Counted from the first letter of the stretch, positions 36,176 through 48,381 are shown. The stretch is DNA of 61,604 nt from Octopus bimaculoides (GCF_001194135.2 NC_068985.1:8493272-8554875); one strand, 5' to 3'. The notes: generated from the sequence alone by a model not told the origin. Translations and numbers: made by a program.

Positions 36176-37859
36176 NNNNNNNNNNNNNNNNNNNNNNNNN
36201 NNNNNNNNNNNNNNNNNNNNNNNNNNNNNNNNNNNNNNNNNNNNNNNNNNNNNNNNNNNNNNNNNNNNNNNNNNNNNNNNNNNNNNNNNNNNNNNNNNNN
36301 NNNNNNNNNNNNNNNNNNNNNNNNNNNNNNNNNNNNNNNNNNNNNNNNNNNNNNNNNNNNNNNNNNNNNNNNNNNNNNNNNNNNNNNNNNNNNNNNNNNN
36401 NNNNNNNNNNNNNNNNNNNNNNNNNNNNNNNNNNTATATATATAAGTATGATATATGTATGTTTGTTATACATTCAGTCTAATATTCGATGATACTTACA
36501 CACATGCACACACGTGTGCACACGAGCGCACACGCGCGCACACATTCGGAAATCTATGTATTATTGAATAATATCGTATCTATGGAATGCATAATAACAA
36601 AAATATCACGAAGCTCATACGAAAAGCCGAAGCAAAAAATATACAACCTAGTCTACTTATTTTTTATTTCTTGTTCTTCTATATGATACTTGAATATGTA
36701 TTTCTTTTTCCATTGTTGTTTCGTATTCTTTTTAATATTTCCTTTCCACAACATGGCCACTTTTGACAGATGAAAATCTTTCACATAGATGTAAATAACC
36801 AAGATAAACCTACTCTTTTTTTTATCTTATACAATATTATTCAGTCTTCCGTCTTCGCTGAAATATATATTTTGTCTCTTTCTCTCTTATTCGCATTTTA
36901 TATTGCCTTGTTCCTACATACAAGCCACATACCAACACACTCCTGTAAGTTTATATCACTACAGTATATACACGCTCTCTTCTATATACACCCATTCTTC
37001 TATATACGCCCCCGCTAAGAAATACAGATCCACAAAGTACACACTACACAAAATACATTTTTTTCCACCCCAAAATCACTTTACTCACAAAACTACAGTA
37101 ATACACCTTCGCAGAAAGCCTCTTGCACAGCCGTCTCCACTAAAATATCCGACTTCACCTTTACTTTAGAAAGCACAACACAGGAAAAAATAACCTCATA
37201 AAACACCACAGAAACAACTCTTTATTTTACGAATGTCGCGCATCTCTTCATTGTCAACTAGGAACTGACAGAGCTGATTTAAGTACCCTTATATCGTTCT
37301 CTAGCTTATCAAGGGGCGTTTCTCGTTCAGGTTTTCAAATATCGGAAGAAACGTAAGGCCAGTACATCGGAGACAATCGGCCCAGGCTTTTTTTAATAGA
37401 AGCACGAAAGCTAGAAGCAAAATCCTTAATCTTTTGAATATTGTATGTGAATTTATCCGCTCGAATTGTTGTTATTGTTCACTGCGGATTGCGTTATGCT
37501 TTATGGCTTTGGAAACGGAACCCTCCTTATGCTGCGCTAAGCGGCGACATCCCCAGCAACACATTTTACAAATAACAATTTTTCAGATTTTCTCACTTTT
37601 CCCACGTATTTCATCAAATAACTCTTTGCAGAAGAAGAGTTATATCATTTTATTAGTTGAATTGGAAAACAAATCCACAAGAGATAGTGAAAAGCTATTC
37701 CAGAAGCAATAAGATGTTACATTACATATATCTCACTTCAATGTCCTCAACTAATAACACCACACATTTATAATTTCCAAATACACACAACATACCACTG
37801 CAACACTTCGCACCAACGAAATGGTTTTCACTTGGACACTAACATTCACATTCATACAA

Positions 37860-38010
37860 GAATATTGTTTTCAAATTTTGGCACAAGACCTCCGAAAGGA
37901 TAAAAGGCAAAGCTGACCACTGTAGAAATTGAACTCAGAACGTGAGGATAGACGAAATGCCGCCGCTAAGCATTTTGTCCGGTGGGTTGACGGTTCTACT
38001 TGCTTACCGC
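37860..38010 (-). mobile_element. SINE family A, internally deleted
   Basis: TTTTGGCACAAG...GAACTCAGAACGTG...GCTAAGCATTTTGTCC. Confidence 0.75.
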
Positions 38011-38146
38011 CTTAAAAGGTACTTAGTATAATGCTAAGAAGGATGCGTAGCATCGAACAGGGGACATGAAGCTTTTGAAACGAACATCTTAACAACTTCA
38101 CTACATCTGTCGGCATAAAAGCGGGTTGACACTATACACATAGGCA

Positions 38147-38304
38147 ATTATTTACATTATTTACATTATTTATATTTGACAGATATTTGTCCTAATCTTG
38201 TTTGTTGTTAACACAACATTTCGGCTGATATATCCTCCAGCCTTCATTAGGTGTCTTGGGGAAATTTCGAACCTGGGTTCTCATTCCTAAGGTATTTTTC
38301 GATG

Positions 38305-38372
<68 letters not shown>

Positions 38373-38456
38373 GCGCAGGTCACTGCTTGGAATCGAACTC
38401 GGAATCTTGGGGTTAGTAGCCCACGCTCTTAACCACTACGTCATACACACGTGGCC
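38147..38456 (-). mobile_element. tRNA-head/(AAT)n/hammerhead element, copy 2 (complete head, mutated ribozyme)
   Basis: A-box-like TGACGTAGTGG 38443-38433, B-box GAGTTCGATTCC 38400-38389. HHR at 38211-38254 reads CTAATGA...GAAAT. Confidence 0.88.
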
Positions 38457-38460
38457 ACGG

Positions 38461-38513
38461 CCCGCGCTCTTAAACCCAGGATTCCGAGTTCTATTCTAAG
38501 CAGTGACCTGAAC

Positions 38514-38566
<53 letters not shown>

Positions 38567-38738
38567 CATCGAAAAATACCTTAGGAATGAGAATCCAGGT
38601 TCGAAGTTTCCCCAAGACACCTGATGAAGGCTGGAAGGTACATCAGCCGAAACGTTGTATTAACAACAAACAAGATGAGGACAAATATCCGTCAGATGTA
38701 AATAATGTACACAATTCTTCATCTCTTAAATATAGAAC
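38461..38738 (+). mobile_element. tRNA-head/(AAT)n/hammerhead element, copy 3, inverted against copy 2
   Basis: Partial head, (AAT)n, CATCGAAAAATACCTTAGGAATGAGAA, HHR, tail. Confidence 0.88.
38617..38660 (+). ncRNA. Minimal hammerhead ribozyme motif, intact core, one stem I mismatch
   Basis: ACAC-CTGATGA-A-GGCTG-gaaggtacat-CAGCC-GAAAC-GTT-GTAT. Confidence 0.72.
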
Positions 38739-39695
38739 GGCTATCATTTACGCTTGCAGTATAATATAGAATGAAACTCACTTTCCCAGCTAGCAGTTTC
38801 ATTCTCAAACATATACATTATTTTAAACAGCAGCATTTTTTTTTTTTTTCGTCTTTTCCGTTTTATTTTATTTCATCTTATTTTATACGTATGATTTTAC
38901 GAAATTGTAAAGACATTCAAAATAAATTCGCACACACACGGTCATACATCCATACTCAAAAACACCCATACAGAGTATTTTATAGACACATGCAAATACA
39001 TACGGAAACAAAACTACGCACGTACAAGCATTTACGTATGCAAATAGTTTTTATTCCATGACTCAACTGACGTCTTTCAAAATAACTCTTCATTAGTAAC
39101 TCAGAGCTATTTCCAATGGCCGTTCTTTCTGAAAGTAAACAAAATACAAGTCTCTTTGGTGAGAACAACTCTATAGATTGTTGTTTCGTTAATGTAAAAC
39201 TATTTATAAGTTTCGATTTAAGAAAATGCCAATAATTTATTCCCAAGACTATAAAAAAGGAGAAAAAAAGGTTTTTTTCTTACGTGAACTATTAATTTGG
39301 AAAGAATCCAGTATCTTTGCCAACATATTTCGACAATATTTATTCCCTTCTTTGTTGTATTCTATATTTTAATGTTACCATTTTAACTGTAATTATCCAT
39401 TAAAGAGAACAATTTCTTATCGCGCTCGTTTATGTAACTTGGGAAAAAATACCATGTAATTATCACCCGAATTGCTTTGCCTAGCTAATTGTTATAGCTT
39501 GATAGAAAGCTAAACGTGCTCGATTCCCAGGTAGTGGCCAGTTTCCATAACTCGGTTCATGATGTAGATAAGTGAACGTATGAAATTCTAAATGTTGTTA
39601 GTCGATCTCCTCGTAGCTTGTTGATACGGTTTGTCACTCTTCTTTGTTAACGTTGTGAACGTGATCGAACTTCACACAACTTATATGACTAACTC

Positions 39696-39757
<62 letters not shown>

Positions 39758-39934
39758 GGTCTTGTATTCTTAGCCGAAATGGAGACGAGTACCAACACTT
39801 TCCTGTAGCACGCTTGAGCAGCTGTGAAGAACTCTCGGCACAACATCGTTGGTTGGTTTGTTAACCTCCAAATAGAGTATAAATACATAAATACACACGC
39901 CCCTCTCTCACATACATACATAAATACATACATA

Positions 39935-39967
<33 letters not shown>

Positions 39968-39971
<4 letters not shown>

Positions 39972-40251
39972 CAATTTTGGGGGATTAATAGATATGCGGG
40001 TATTCTATTTCAGATAATACAAAAAAAAATAAATAAAATAACCTAATGTATATATCTGAAAGTAAATTCATGGTATCCATTTGCACATCATGAAATAATA
40101 CTTAAAGGATATAACATGATACCTTTAAGTATCATTTCATCATGCGCAAATGGATATCATGAGTTTACTTTCATTAGGTTTTTTTGTTTTTTGTTTTTGT
40201 ATTATCTGAAATAGAATACCCGCATATCTATTAATCCTCAAAAACTGAATT
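39968..40251. mobile_element. Foldback element or MITE, 284-bp palindrome
   Basis: Arms AATTCAATTTTGGGGGATTAATAGATATGCGGGTATTCTATTTCAGATAATAC... mirror 40122-40251; 13-nt loop at 40109-40121. Confidence 0.9.
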
Positions 40252-40790
40252 ATTATTGACTTTTATTAGATACTTTGTATATCTCTATATAAATATATAA
40301 ATATATGATAAATAAGACCCCAAAGTACGATATGCAGATGCAGGTAATGCTGAAGGGTTGTACTTGATTGATTTGGAAATTCGTTTTCCCAAATTTAATA
40401 TATATATACATAATATAAATAATATATAAATATATGCATATATCTATACATATATGTACATACCTACATCTTTTTGTATACGAGACATGCAACATAAGGA
40501 ATATTTCCCTTCATCAGTCGTTCCTGTCCATCTACTCCGCGTTTTGAAGGCAAGGACAATACGCGACTTCGTTGGAACAGTTCTTCCCGCAAAGCAAATT
40601 AAATAAAATTTGGAATTGTTTGCGGAGGGAACAAGAACAGGACAGTGAGAACAAGACAGTAAAAGACAGTTTCTACCAAATTCACTCACTGTTCAGCACG
40701 AAGCTATTTAGTACAAGACACTTACAACAGGGCGCACAATGAAATTGAACCTTTAACCTCACAGTTGTAAAACAAATTTCGGATCTATTT

Positions 40791-41304
40791 TAAAACGTAG
40801 TGTTTTTGGTACGGAAAGACTTTCAAACTTTGTATACTTATCTATTTTGTGTTATAGAACAGAAAAATATTTTTGTATTCGAATTTATTTCATGTAAAAA
40901 ATTGTCTTATTTCGATAATTTCAACCAATCACTGACAAGTATTCAGTTGTTTACATTTACTCCTTTGGCTGATTAAGCGATGTAAAGCTTATTTAATCTC
41001 CATACCTTCGTTTTATTTGCTTTTTTCATTTTAAATTTGCTTTAACCCTAACCCTAACCTTAGGGTTAGGGTTAATTGTTTCAGAATCGTTTGTTTATGT
41101 AGTCGGCACTTAATGTATATCGGCTGAATGGACGTCAGTGATTGGTTGAAATTACAGAAATACGACAACTTTAACATGGAATAACTTATGGATTTCTTTT
41201 TTTTTTTAAGAAGACTAACAGAAAAAGATGTTTTATATGACACATTCTACCAGTGTTCCAAGTTTCAAAGTGTTTCGTTAATGAAAAATGTGGCCCCCGT
41301 TTTA
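40791..41304. mobile_element. Imperfect foldback MITE with a central telomeric-repeat palindrome
   Basis: Termini TAAAACG/CGTTTTA. Inner arms TAATTTCAACCAATCACTGAC (40916-40936) and GTCAGTGATTGGTTGAAATTA (41134-41154). Centre TTAACCCTAACCCTAA-CC-TTAGGGTTAGGGTTAA (41042-41075). Confidence 0.75.
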
Positions 41305-41749
41305 AAAAAGATCCCAAATTTCTTATCCACACAGCTATATTTATAAAAAATTTATATGATTTTTAACTTCGTAAACTTGTCAACCATGAAAGCCGGAGTA
41401 AGAGGAATTATGTTGCTTTAAAAATTCGTTCTGTCAACTCATTAATAAAGACGCGGAGAGGAAGAAACATTTCAAGTTATATTTCTTTGTGTGGGAAACT
41501 GCCATTTCTCAGATTGACAACCATAAATCAAACACGGTTTATTTAAAGCAAAACACTAGACTGGGATTCGAGTGATATCTGGCTGCAACTTCTAGACGGT
41601 TGGACGATCACATAGAAGCTCCTCCATTTGTTTGGTTCCGTCACTCATTGAAAGGTAAAGGTTATTAGGGGAGCTCACCGAACTGGTACTAGATATCGGT
41701 CAAGTGAATGAGGCAAATACTTAGCTAACGCTGCTCTATAATGTTTCAT

Positions 41750-42870
41750 TCTAACTTTGGCACAAGACCCACGGTTTTAGCGGAGCGGCTAATTTGGTTG
41801 CTTCGATACCAGTAACCAATTGATACTTGTTTTATGCCTAAAGGATGATAGGCTAAACCGACGTGGGAGGAATTTGAACTCAGAACGTAAAGAGCCAGAA
41901 AAATCCCGCTGAGCTTTTTCCCTGACGCGTTTACGATTCTGCTAATCAATACGAGAATAAACCTTTCCACTGTAGACACAAGGCCTGAAATTTGGTGAGT
42001 GGAGGAGGCTAGCGGATTACGTCGAAAGGGAGAAAAGGCAAAGGCGACCCTCGTAAAATTTGAAATCACAACGCAATGACGGACGAAATGCCATCAAGCA
42101 TTTCGTTTGGCGTCTTGAGAATTCTGCCAGTTCACCATCTTAATGAATATAAGTGTAATAAAATTAAAATATTAAAAATCCTGGGGAGAAAAGTTAATGT
42201 AGTCGCTTGCACCTCATGCTGGCTTCATATTTTGACACAAGGCCAGCAATATCGGGGGAGAGAGTAATCGATTACTCGACCTCAGTATTTAACTGGTACT
42301 TATTTTGTCGACCCTGAAGCTATAACAGGCATAGTCGACCACAGTGGAATTTGAACTCCAAACGTAAAGACGGGCAAAATGCCGCTAAGCATTTCGTCCG
42401 GCATGCTAGCTATGTTGGCAGATTCTTTTCTTTCCTACTCTAGGCACAAGGCCCGAAATTTTGGGGGAGGGGCCAGTCGAGATCGACCCTACTATGCAAC
42501 TGGTACTTAATTTTTCGGCCCCGAAAGGATGAAAGGCAAAGCCGACCTCGGCGGAATTTGAACTCAGGATGTAAAGACAGACGAAATACCGGAAAGCATT
42601 TCGTCCGGCCTGCCAACGATTCTGCCAGCTCACCGCTTTGTTATTTTGGGCAGATTCTTTTCTACTCTAGGCACAAGGCCCAAAATATTTGTGGAGGGGG
42701 CTAGTCGGTTAGATCGATTTCAGAACGCAACTGGTACTTAATTTATTGACCCCGAAATGATGAAAGGCAAAGTTGACCTCGGCGGAATTTGAACTCGGAA
42801 CACAAAGACAAACGAAATACCGCTAAGCATTTCACCCAGCGTGCCAACGTTTCTGCCATCTCGTCGCGTT
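41750..42870 (-). mobile_element. Array of five co-oriented family A SINEs
   Basis: Units start (3' end) near 41757, 41975, 42230, 42430 and 42660, each with a GGCACAAGGCC-like tail. Confidence 0.9.
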
Positions 42871-42949
42871 GCTATTTCGACAGATTGTCACCGTGATGAA
42901 TATGAGAATAATAAAATGAAAACAACGACGAGAATATATTTACGTTCTG

Positions 42950-43085
42950 AATTCCAATTCCGCCGGGGCTAGCTTTGTCTTTCATCCTTTGAGGGTTGAT
43001 AAAGTGAGTACCAGTCGAATACTGGTGTCGACGTAATCGAGTTACTCTCCCCTTGCCCCTTGTGCCTCACTTTGAAATGAATACT
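42950..43085 (+). mobile_element. SINE family A, diverged
   Basis: CGTTCTGAATTCCAATTCCGCCGGGG...TCATCCTTTGAGGGTTGATAAA. Confidence 0.75.
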
Positions 43086-43538
43086 CTTGTTTATTTTGTA
43101 GAAGGTCGAAGTTAAGACGACCTTGGTATCCAAGTAGCATTGAAAGAGGAGGCGGTGAGATCAGAATCGATACAGCGACACACGCCACCACCTTAATTCA
43201 ATCAGTTACATATCATTCTTTTTTATATTTTGAATTCAAACCCCAACAAGAGATAGAATTCCGGATCAATATAACTAGTACCAACCAAATTCGGGGAAGG
43301 AATTTATGCAACTGTTGCTTCTTGTAAAATAGGCGCCATTGTGACATTCGTAGAAATTAAATTCGCAGAAGAAAAACAAATAAAATATGAAGAAATTATT
43401 TGAATACGGGTTTATCTACTCGTTTGTACTTGAATGCACTTTTTGTACTTTGCTAATATTGAAGGTTGCATAACAAAAGCACAAAATGTAAACAAAAACA
43501 TAGAAATAACGGAAATATCATTCAAAGCAATGGCTCTG

Positions 43539-43539
<1 letters not shown>

Positions 43540-43581
<42 letters not shown>

Positions 43582-43879
43582 TACTACTACTGCTGCTGCT
43601 GCTGCCTTTTCTCCCTCTTCCTCTTCTTTTTCTCGTTTCTTCTTTTTCTTTCTCCTTCTACTTCCTTTGCTTCTTCTCTTACTTCTTCCCCTTTCCCCCT
43701 TCTCCTTCTTCTTTTTTCCCGTCTGCTTCTTTCTTTTTTTCTTCCTTTCTTTCTTTCCTTCTTTCTTTCTTCTTCTTCTTCTTCTTCTTCTTCTTCTTCT
43801 TCTTCTTCACAACCAATACTACTACGATCATCATCATCATCATCAGCAGCAGCAGCAGCAACAGCATCGCCATCAGCAT

Positions 43880-43944
<65 letters not shown>

Positions 43945-43989
43945 ATAATAATAACAGTAATAATGATAATGATGATGATGATGATGATG

Positions 43990-44050
<61 letters not shown>

Positions 44051-44056
44051 TAATAA
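43540..44056. repeat. Cascade of triplet microsatellites (TAC, TGC, TTC, CAT, CAG, TAC, AAT, GAT, AAT)
   Basis: Directly visible. Confidence 0.97.
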
Positions 44057-44814
44057 TATTTCTCGTTTACGGATTGCCAGTTATGATATAAGTGAACCAG
44101 ATTTCTATATTCCGTACCGGATACAAAAACAGCTGGATTCACGGAAGAATGAATAAATAAATTTAATCTGAAGAATGAATAAATAATTTTCTTTAAAAAA
44201 AAAAAAAAGCGAAAAATTCTCCATATTTTCTAGAATTATTTTTTATTCTCCCCACTTTCCCTCTTTCTCACTTTTTCTTCAGAATTGTCATTAATCTTCC
44301 ATTTTTCAAAACCAGTTTTTTGTTATTCTTTATAAGTGTTGTGCTTCCAACATTTTTCTTAGGTTCTTTTCTGAACTTTTGTGCGCTTCTATTATATATT
44401 CTATTACAATTCGGTTCTTTTTGTTTGCGAAGTATTTCCAATGTCTATGAATAGAGAGTAAAATGAAGAGGAAAAAAAAAATTAATGACACGATGACATG
44501 TGGATGAAAAATCGTTCTATATTTTTCAAGCTGTAGACAGAAGCTTTCAGTGGAGTGAAGAAAGAATCGGTTATTTTGAAAGTTTCAGTTTTGAAATTAT
44601 GTGTAACGACTCTCTTATTAATTCATTATATGTTTGCTCACACTTAAGACTCAGTTTTCACATAATTTAAAGCAAAGCAGTCCAGCGAAGCCTATCTGTT
44701 GCAAAGTATAGGGACAGAAGATGAACCTATAAGCGTAATCTAGAGAAACATTGTATATAGTAGAGTGTTGGTCCTATCAGAGGGAAGGAACTCTTCCTGC
44801 CTTTACAGTGCATA

Positions 44815-45171
44815 TTTGTTGTTGGCACTCCGTCGCTTACGACGTCGAGGGTTCCAGTTGAACCAATCAACGGAACAGCCTGCTCGTGAAATTAACGTGC
44901 AAGTGGCTGAGCACTCTACAGACACGTGTACCCTTAACGTAGTTCTCGGAGATATTCAGCGTGACACAGTGTGACAAGGCTGACCCTTTGAATTACAGGC
45001 ACAACAGAAACAGGAAGTAAGAGTGAGAGTGAGAGAAAGTTGTGGTGGAAGAGTACAGCAGCGTTCGCCACCATCCCCTGCCGGAGCTTCGTGGAGCTTT
45101 AGGTGTTTTCGCTCAATAAACACTCACAACGCCCGGTCTGGAAATCGAAACCGCGATCCTATGACCACGAG
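44815..45171 (-). mobile_element. tRNA-derived SINE family C; head runs into the gap
   Basis: Minus strand GGTTTCGATTTCC B-box-like, body CAGCCTTGTCACACT...CTACGTTAAGGGTAC, tail CGACGGAGTGCCAACAAC. Confidence 0.8.
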
Positions 45172-46439
45172 NNNNNNNNNNNNNNNNNNNNNNNNNNNNN
45201 NNNNNNNNNNNNNNNNNNNNNNNNNNNNNNNNNNNNNNNNNNNNNNNNNNNNNNNNNNNNNNNNNNNNNNNNNNNNNNNNNNNNNNNNNNNNNNNNNNNN
45301 NNNNNNNNNNNNNNNNNNNNNNNNNNNNNNNNNNNNNNNNNNNNNNNNNNNNNNNNNNNNNNNNNNNNNNNNNNNNNNNNNNNNNNNNNNNNNNNNNNNN
45401 NNNNNNNNNNNNNNNNNNNNNNNNNNNNNNNNNNNNNNNNNNNNNNNNNNNNNNNNNNNNNNNNNNNNNNNNNNNNNNNNNNNNNNNNNNNNNNNNNNNN
45501 NNNNNNNNNNNNNNNNNNNNNNNNNNNNNNNNNNNNNNNNNNNNNNNNNNNNNNNNNNNNNNNNNNNNNNNNNNNNNNNNNNNNNNNNNNNNNNNNNNNN
45601 NNNNNNNNNNNNNNNNNNNNNNNNNNNNNNNNNNNNNNNNNNNNNNNNNNNNNNNNNNNNNNNNNNNNNNNNNNNNNNNNNNNNNNNNNNNNNNNNNNNN
45701 NNNNNNNNNNNNNNNNNNNNNNNNNNNNNNNNNNNNNNNNNNNNNNNNNNNNNNNNNNNNNNNNNNNNNNNNNNNNNNNNNNNNNNNNNNNNNNNNNNNN
45801 NNNNNNNNNNNNNNNNNNNNNNNNNNNNNNNNNNNNNNNNNNNNNNNNNNNNNNNNNNNNNNNNNNNNNNNNNNNNNNNNNNNNNNNNNNNNNNNNNNNN
45901 NNNNNNNNNNNNNNNNNNNNNNNNNNNNNNNNNNNNNNNNNNNNNNNNNNNNNNNNNNNNNNNNNNNNNNNNNNNNNNNNNNNNNNNNNNNNNNNNNNNN
46001 NNNNNNNNNNNNNNNNNNNNNNNNNNNNNNNNNNNNNNNNNNNNNNNNNNNNNNNNNNNNNNNNNNNNNNNNNNNNNNNNNNNNNNNNNNNNNNNNNNNN
46101 NNNNNNNNNNNNNNNNNNNNNNNNNNNNNATATATATATAAGTATTACGTATACGTGTGACAAAAGGGTGTATTATTTCTAAACATTTCATTAATCAATA
46201 CAAATATATCAATAAAGTCCAGTATTGGTATGCTTCCAAATTCTGTTAATTTCAATGAACACCAAAATAGTTCTGACAGAAAACTCTGTCATTGGAAGGC
46301 GTCGATGCTAAAAGACGATGCGAAAATTAGCGATTATTATCTGAGCAATAACGTTACATGTATACATGTGTCCATCCATATACATATATACACACACTAA
46401 CATATATATATGTGCATGTGTGTGTGTGATTGTTTGTGT

Positions 46440-46580
46440 GTCTGTGTCTTAGTGGTGAAGGTGTTACACTCATGCTCGTACGCTTGTGGGTTCGATTCCT
46501 GAACAGGGCGATTCGTTGTGTTCTTGAGCAAAACACTTCATTTCACATTGCTCCTGTCCACACACCTGGCGAAAATGTGT
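46440..46580 (+). mobile_element. Old tRNA-derived SINE head
   Basis: TAGTGGTGAAGG A-box-like, GGGTTCGATTCCTG B-box, GTGTTCTTGAGCAAAACACTT core. Confidence 0.65.
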
Positions 46581-46814
46581 TACCCTGCGAACAATTACTC
46601 ATTTTTCACCGGCTTAAATACATGGTATAAACGCCTATACTGACATATAAAGACATAGACAGATGTACATCAATGTTTCTTTTGTGTTGGTGTATATATT
46701 TCTCTATTTAACTTTCTTTGTATGCATACAAATATATATGTGTGTGTGTGTGTGTGCGTGTGTGCGTGTGTGTGTGTGTGTATCTATGTATGCATTTATG
46801 TATATACGTATATA

Positions 46815-47090
46815 CAGTAATCACTCGACTATCGCGAGTGTTACATTCCAAAACCCACTGCAATGAGAGAAAATCTGCGATATAGAAACCGTAGTGTACT
46901 GTATATGTATTATTATTTTTTTAATAATTTTTATGATTTGTATATATTTATTTTATTCTAAATGCAAAACAGTACCACACAGTCACCTCCTGAGTTTCAT
47001 TTTCCATAGAGATGTGTGATTCTTTGTTTACTCATCTACGGTACACCGCGTATTTTCTTTTAATATATTTTAATTAATGCGTTATACAGT
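46815..47090. mobile_element. pogo/Tigger-like DNA transposon end
   Basis: TA-CAGTAATCACTCGACTATCGCGAGTGTTAC terminal signature (family call from memory). Confidence 0.5.
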
Positions 47091-47094
47091 GTAG

Positions 47095-47570
47095 TACTTT
47101 CAAGCCTCTTTCATTAATTCCCTGAGTACCCCACTCGCAGCCTGCTGGTAAGCCTGCTGCGAGAGGTCGGGGCCTACTTTGAGGTACTGCAGGTCCTCCT
47201 TCCCCAAAAGGTTCAAAATTTTTGTCAATTCCCGGTTACTCACAGCCTCCGAGTATACCAGGCAACTCATACAGCCGGACTCATACCGGTCACGGTCTAG
47301 CACATGCTTTAAATATTCTTGCACAGCCCCTCCCCTTCGGTAGAAGAGCATATAGTCACTGTCCCATTCACAGGGGAGGGGGTTCAATCTGCTTCATCGG
47401 TGAAGCGTCAGAACACGCCGATACCGCATTAACGTCCGCCGGTCGTGTCCCGTTCTTTTTCCTTCTTTTCTTCGGGGTTGCGGGAACAGGGGCCCCTGTA
47501 GGTTTGACCAGAAGGATCTCCTTTCTTGCAGCCTGCAGATCCTTTGGCTAGCAATCATTGTTGCTCACCT
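47095..47570 (-). pseudogene. GC-rich coding-like relic, probably a LINE ORF1 C-terminal region
   Basis: Two overlapping frames: ...KPTGAPVPATPKKRKK... and NPLPCEWDSDYMLFYRRGGAVQEYLKHV...ELMKEA*. No diagnostic motif. Confidence 0.35.
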
Positions 47571-48059
47571 TTGTGTGGTAAGAAACAGGCTTATTACCAC
47601 ACAACCACGCCTGCACCTATGTTGAACTCAGGATCATAAATTTATGGGTTCGATTCCAAATGCAATGGAGCGTTCTGTTCTTGAGCAAGGTGCTCTTTTA
47701 CACGTCGATATCTTTTACTCAGCTAAGATGGGAACGAGCTGATTACCAGCACACTCCCTTCTCCTTCCAACTGAAACATTTTCGATATTCTGCTGTGATA
47801 AATGTGGGAAGGATGAAAAGGTCTCTACATGCCTGTTCGTGACTGCGGAATCAGTTCAGAGAATTCGGGAAAACGAGGTATAACTAACAAGTCATACAAG
47901 AAAGACGCGAAATATTGCCGAAAGAACCTGATCTGGTAACCCGTTCATGTTATTTGGAGTTCAGTTCGATGAGCCTTTACACAAAAAATCTTTGACACAA
48001 AGACCTCGCCTTTCATGTTTAGTTGCGCAGGGACGAGTTAGAAACAAAAGACACATTTT

Positions 48060-48084
48060 TATATACACGTATACATACGTACAG

Positions 48085-48122
<38 letters not shown>

Positions 48123-48126
48123 GTGT

Positions 48127-48159
<33 letters not shown>

Positions 48160-48185
48160 CATATATATGTATACATATATATACA

Positions 48186-48250
<65 letters not shown>

Positions 48251-48331
48251 ATGCATATACATATATACATGTGTTTGTGTGTGTGAGTGTGTTGATAGAG
48301 ACATAGATAGATAGACGGACAGATAGATGGG

Positions 48332-48381
<50 letters not shown>

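Noticed and set aside
37301-37470. Minus-strand frame resembling a signal peptide plus Cys (RLRILLLAFVLLLKKAWADCLRC)
   Set aside because: No ATG after the upstream stop, short, and no supported splice site.
38375-38450. Functional tRNA gene (Ser-like anticodon arm)
   Set aside because: No proper acceptor stem or T-run terminator; it is the head of a repeat. The same holds for the other SINE heads.
41042-41075. Telomere-fusion scar
   Set aside because: Order is CCCTAA then TTAGGG, opposite to an end-to-end fusion, and it sits inside a foldback element.
41750-42870. CRISPR-like repeat-spacer array
   Set aside because: Units are about 200-bp SINEs in a eukaryotic context; no cas genes.
45023-46191. 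Long ORFs containing X runs (also at 10215, 21973, 32936, 36039)
   Set aside because: Created by assembly gaps.
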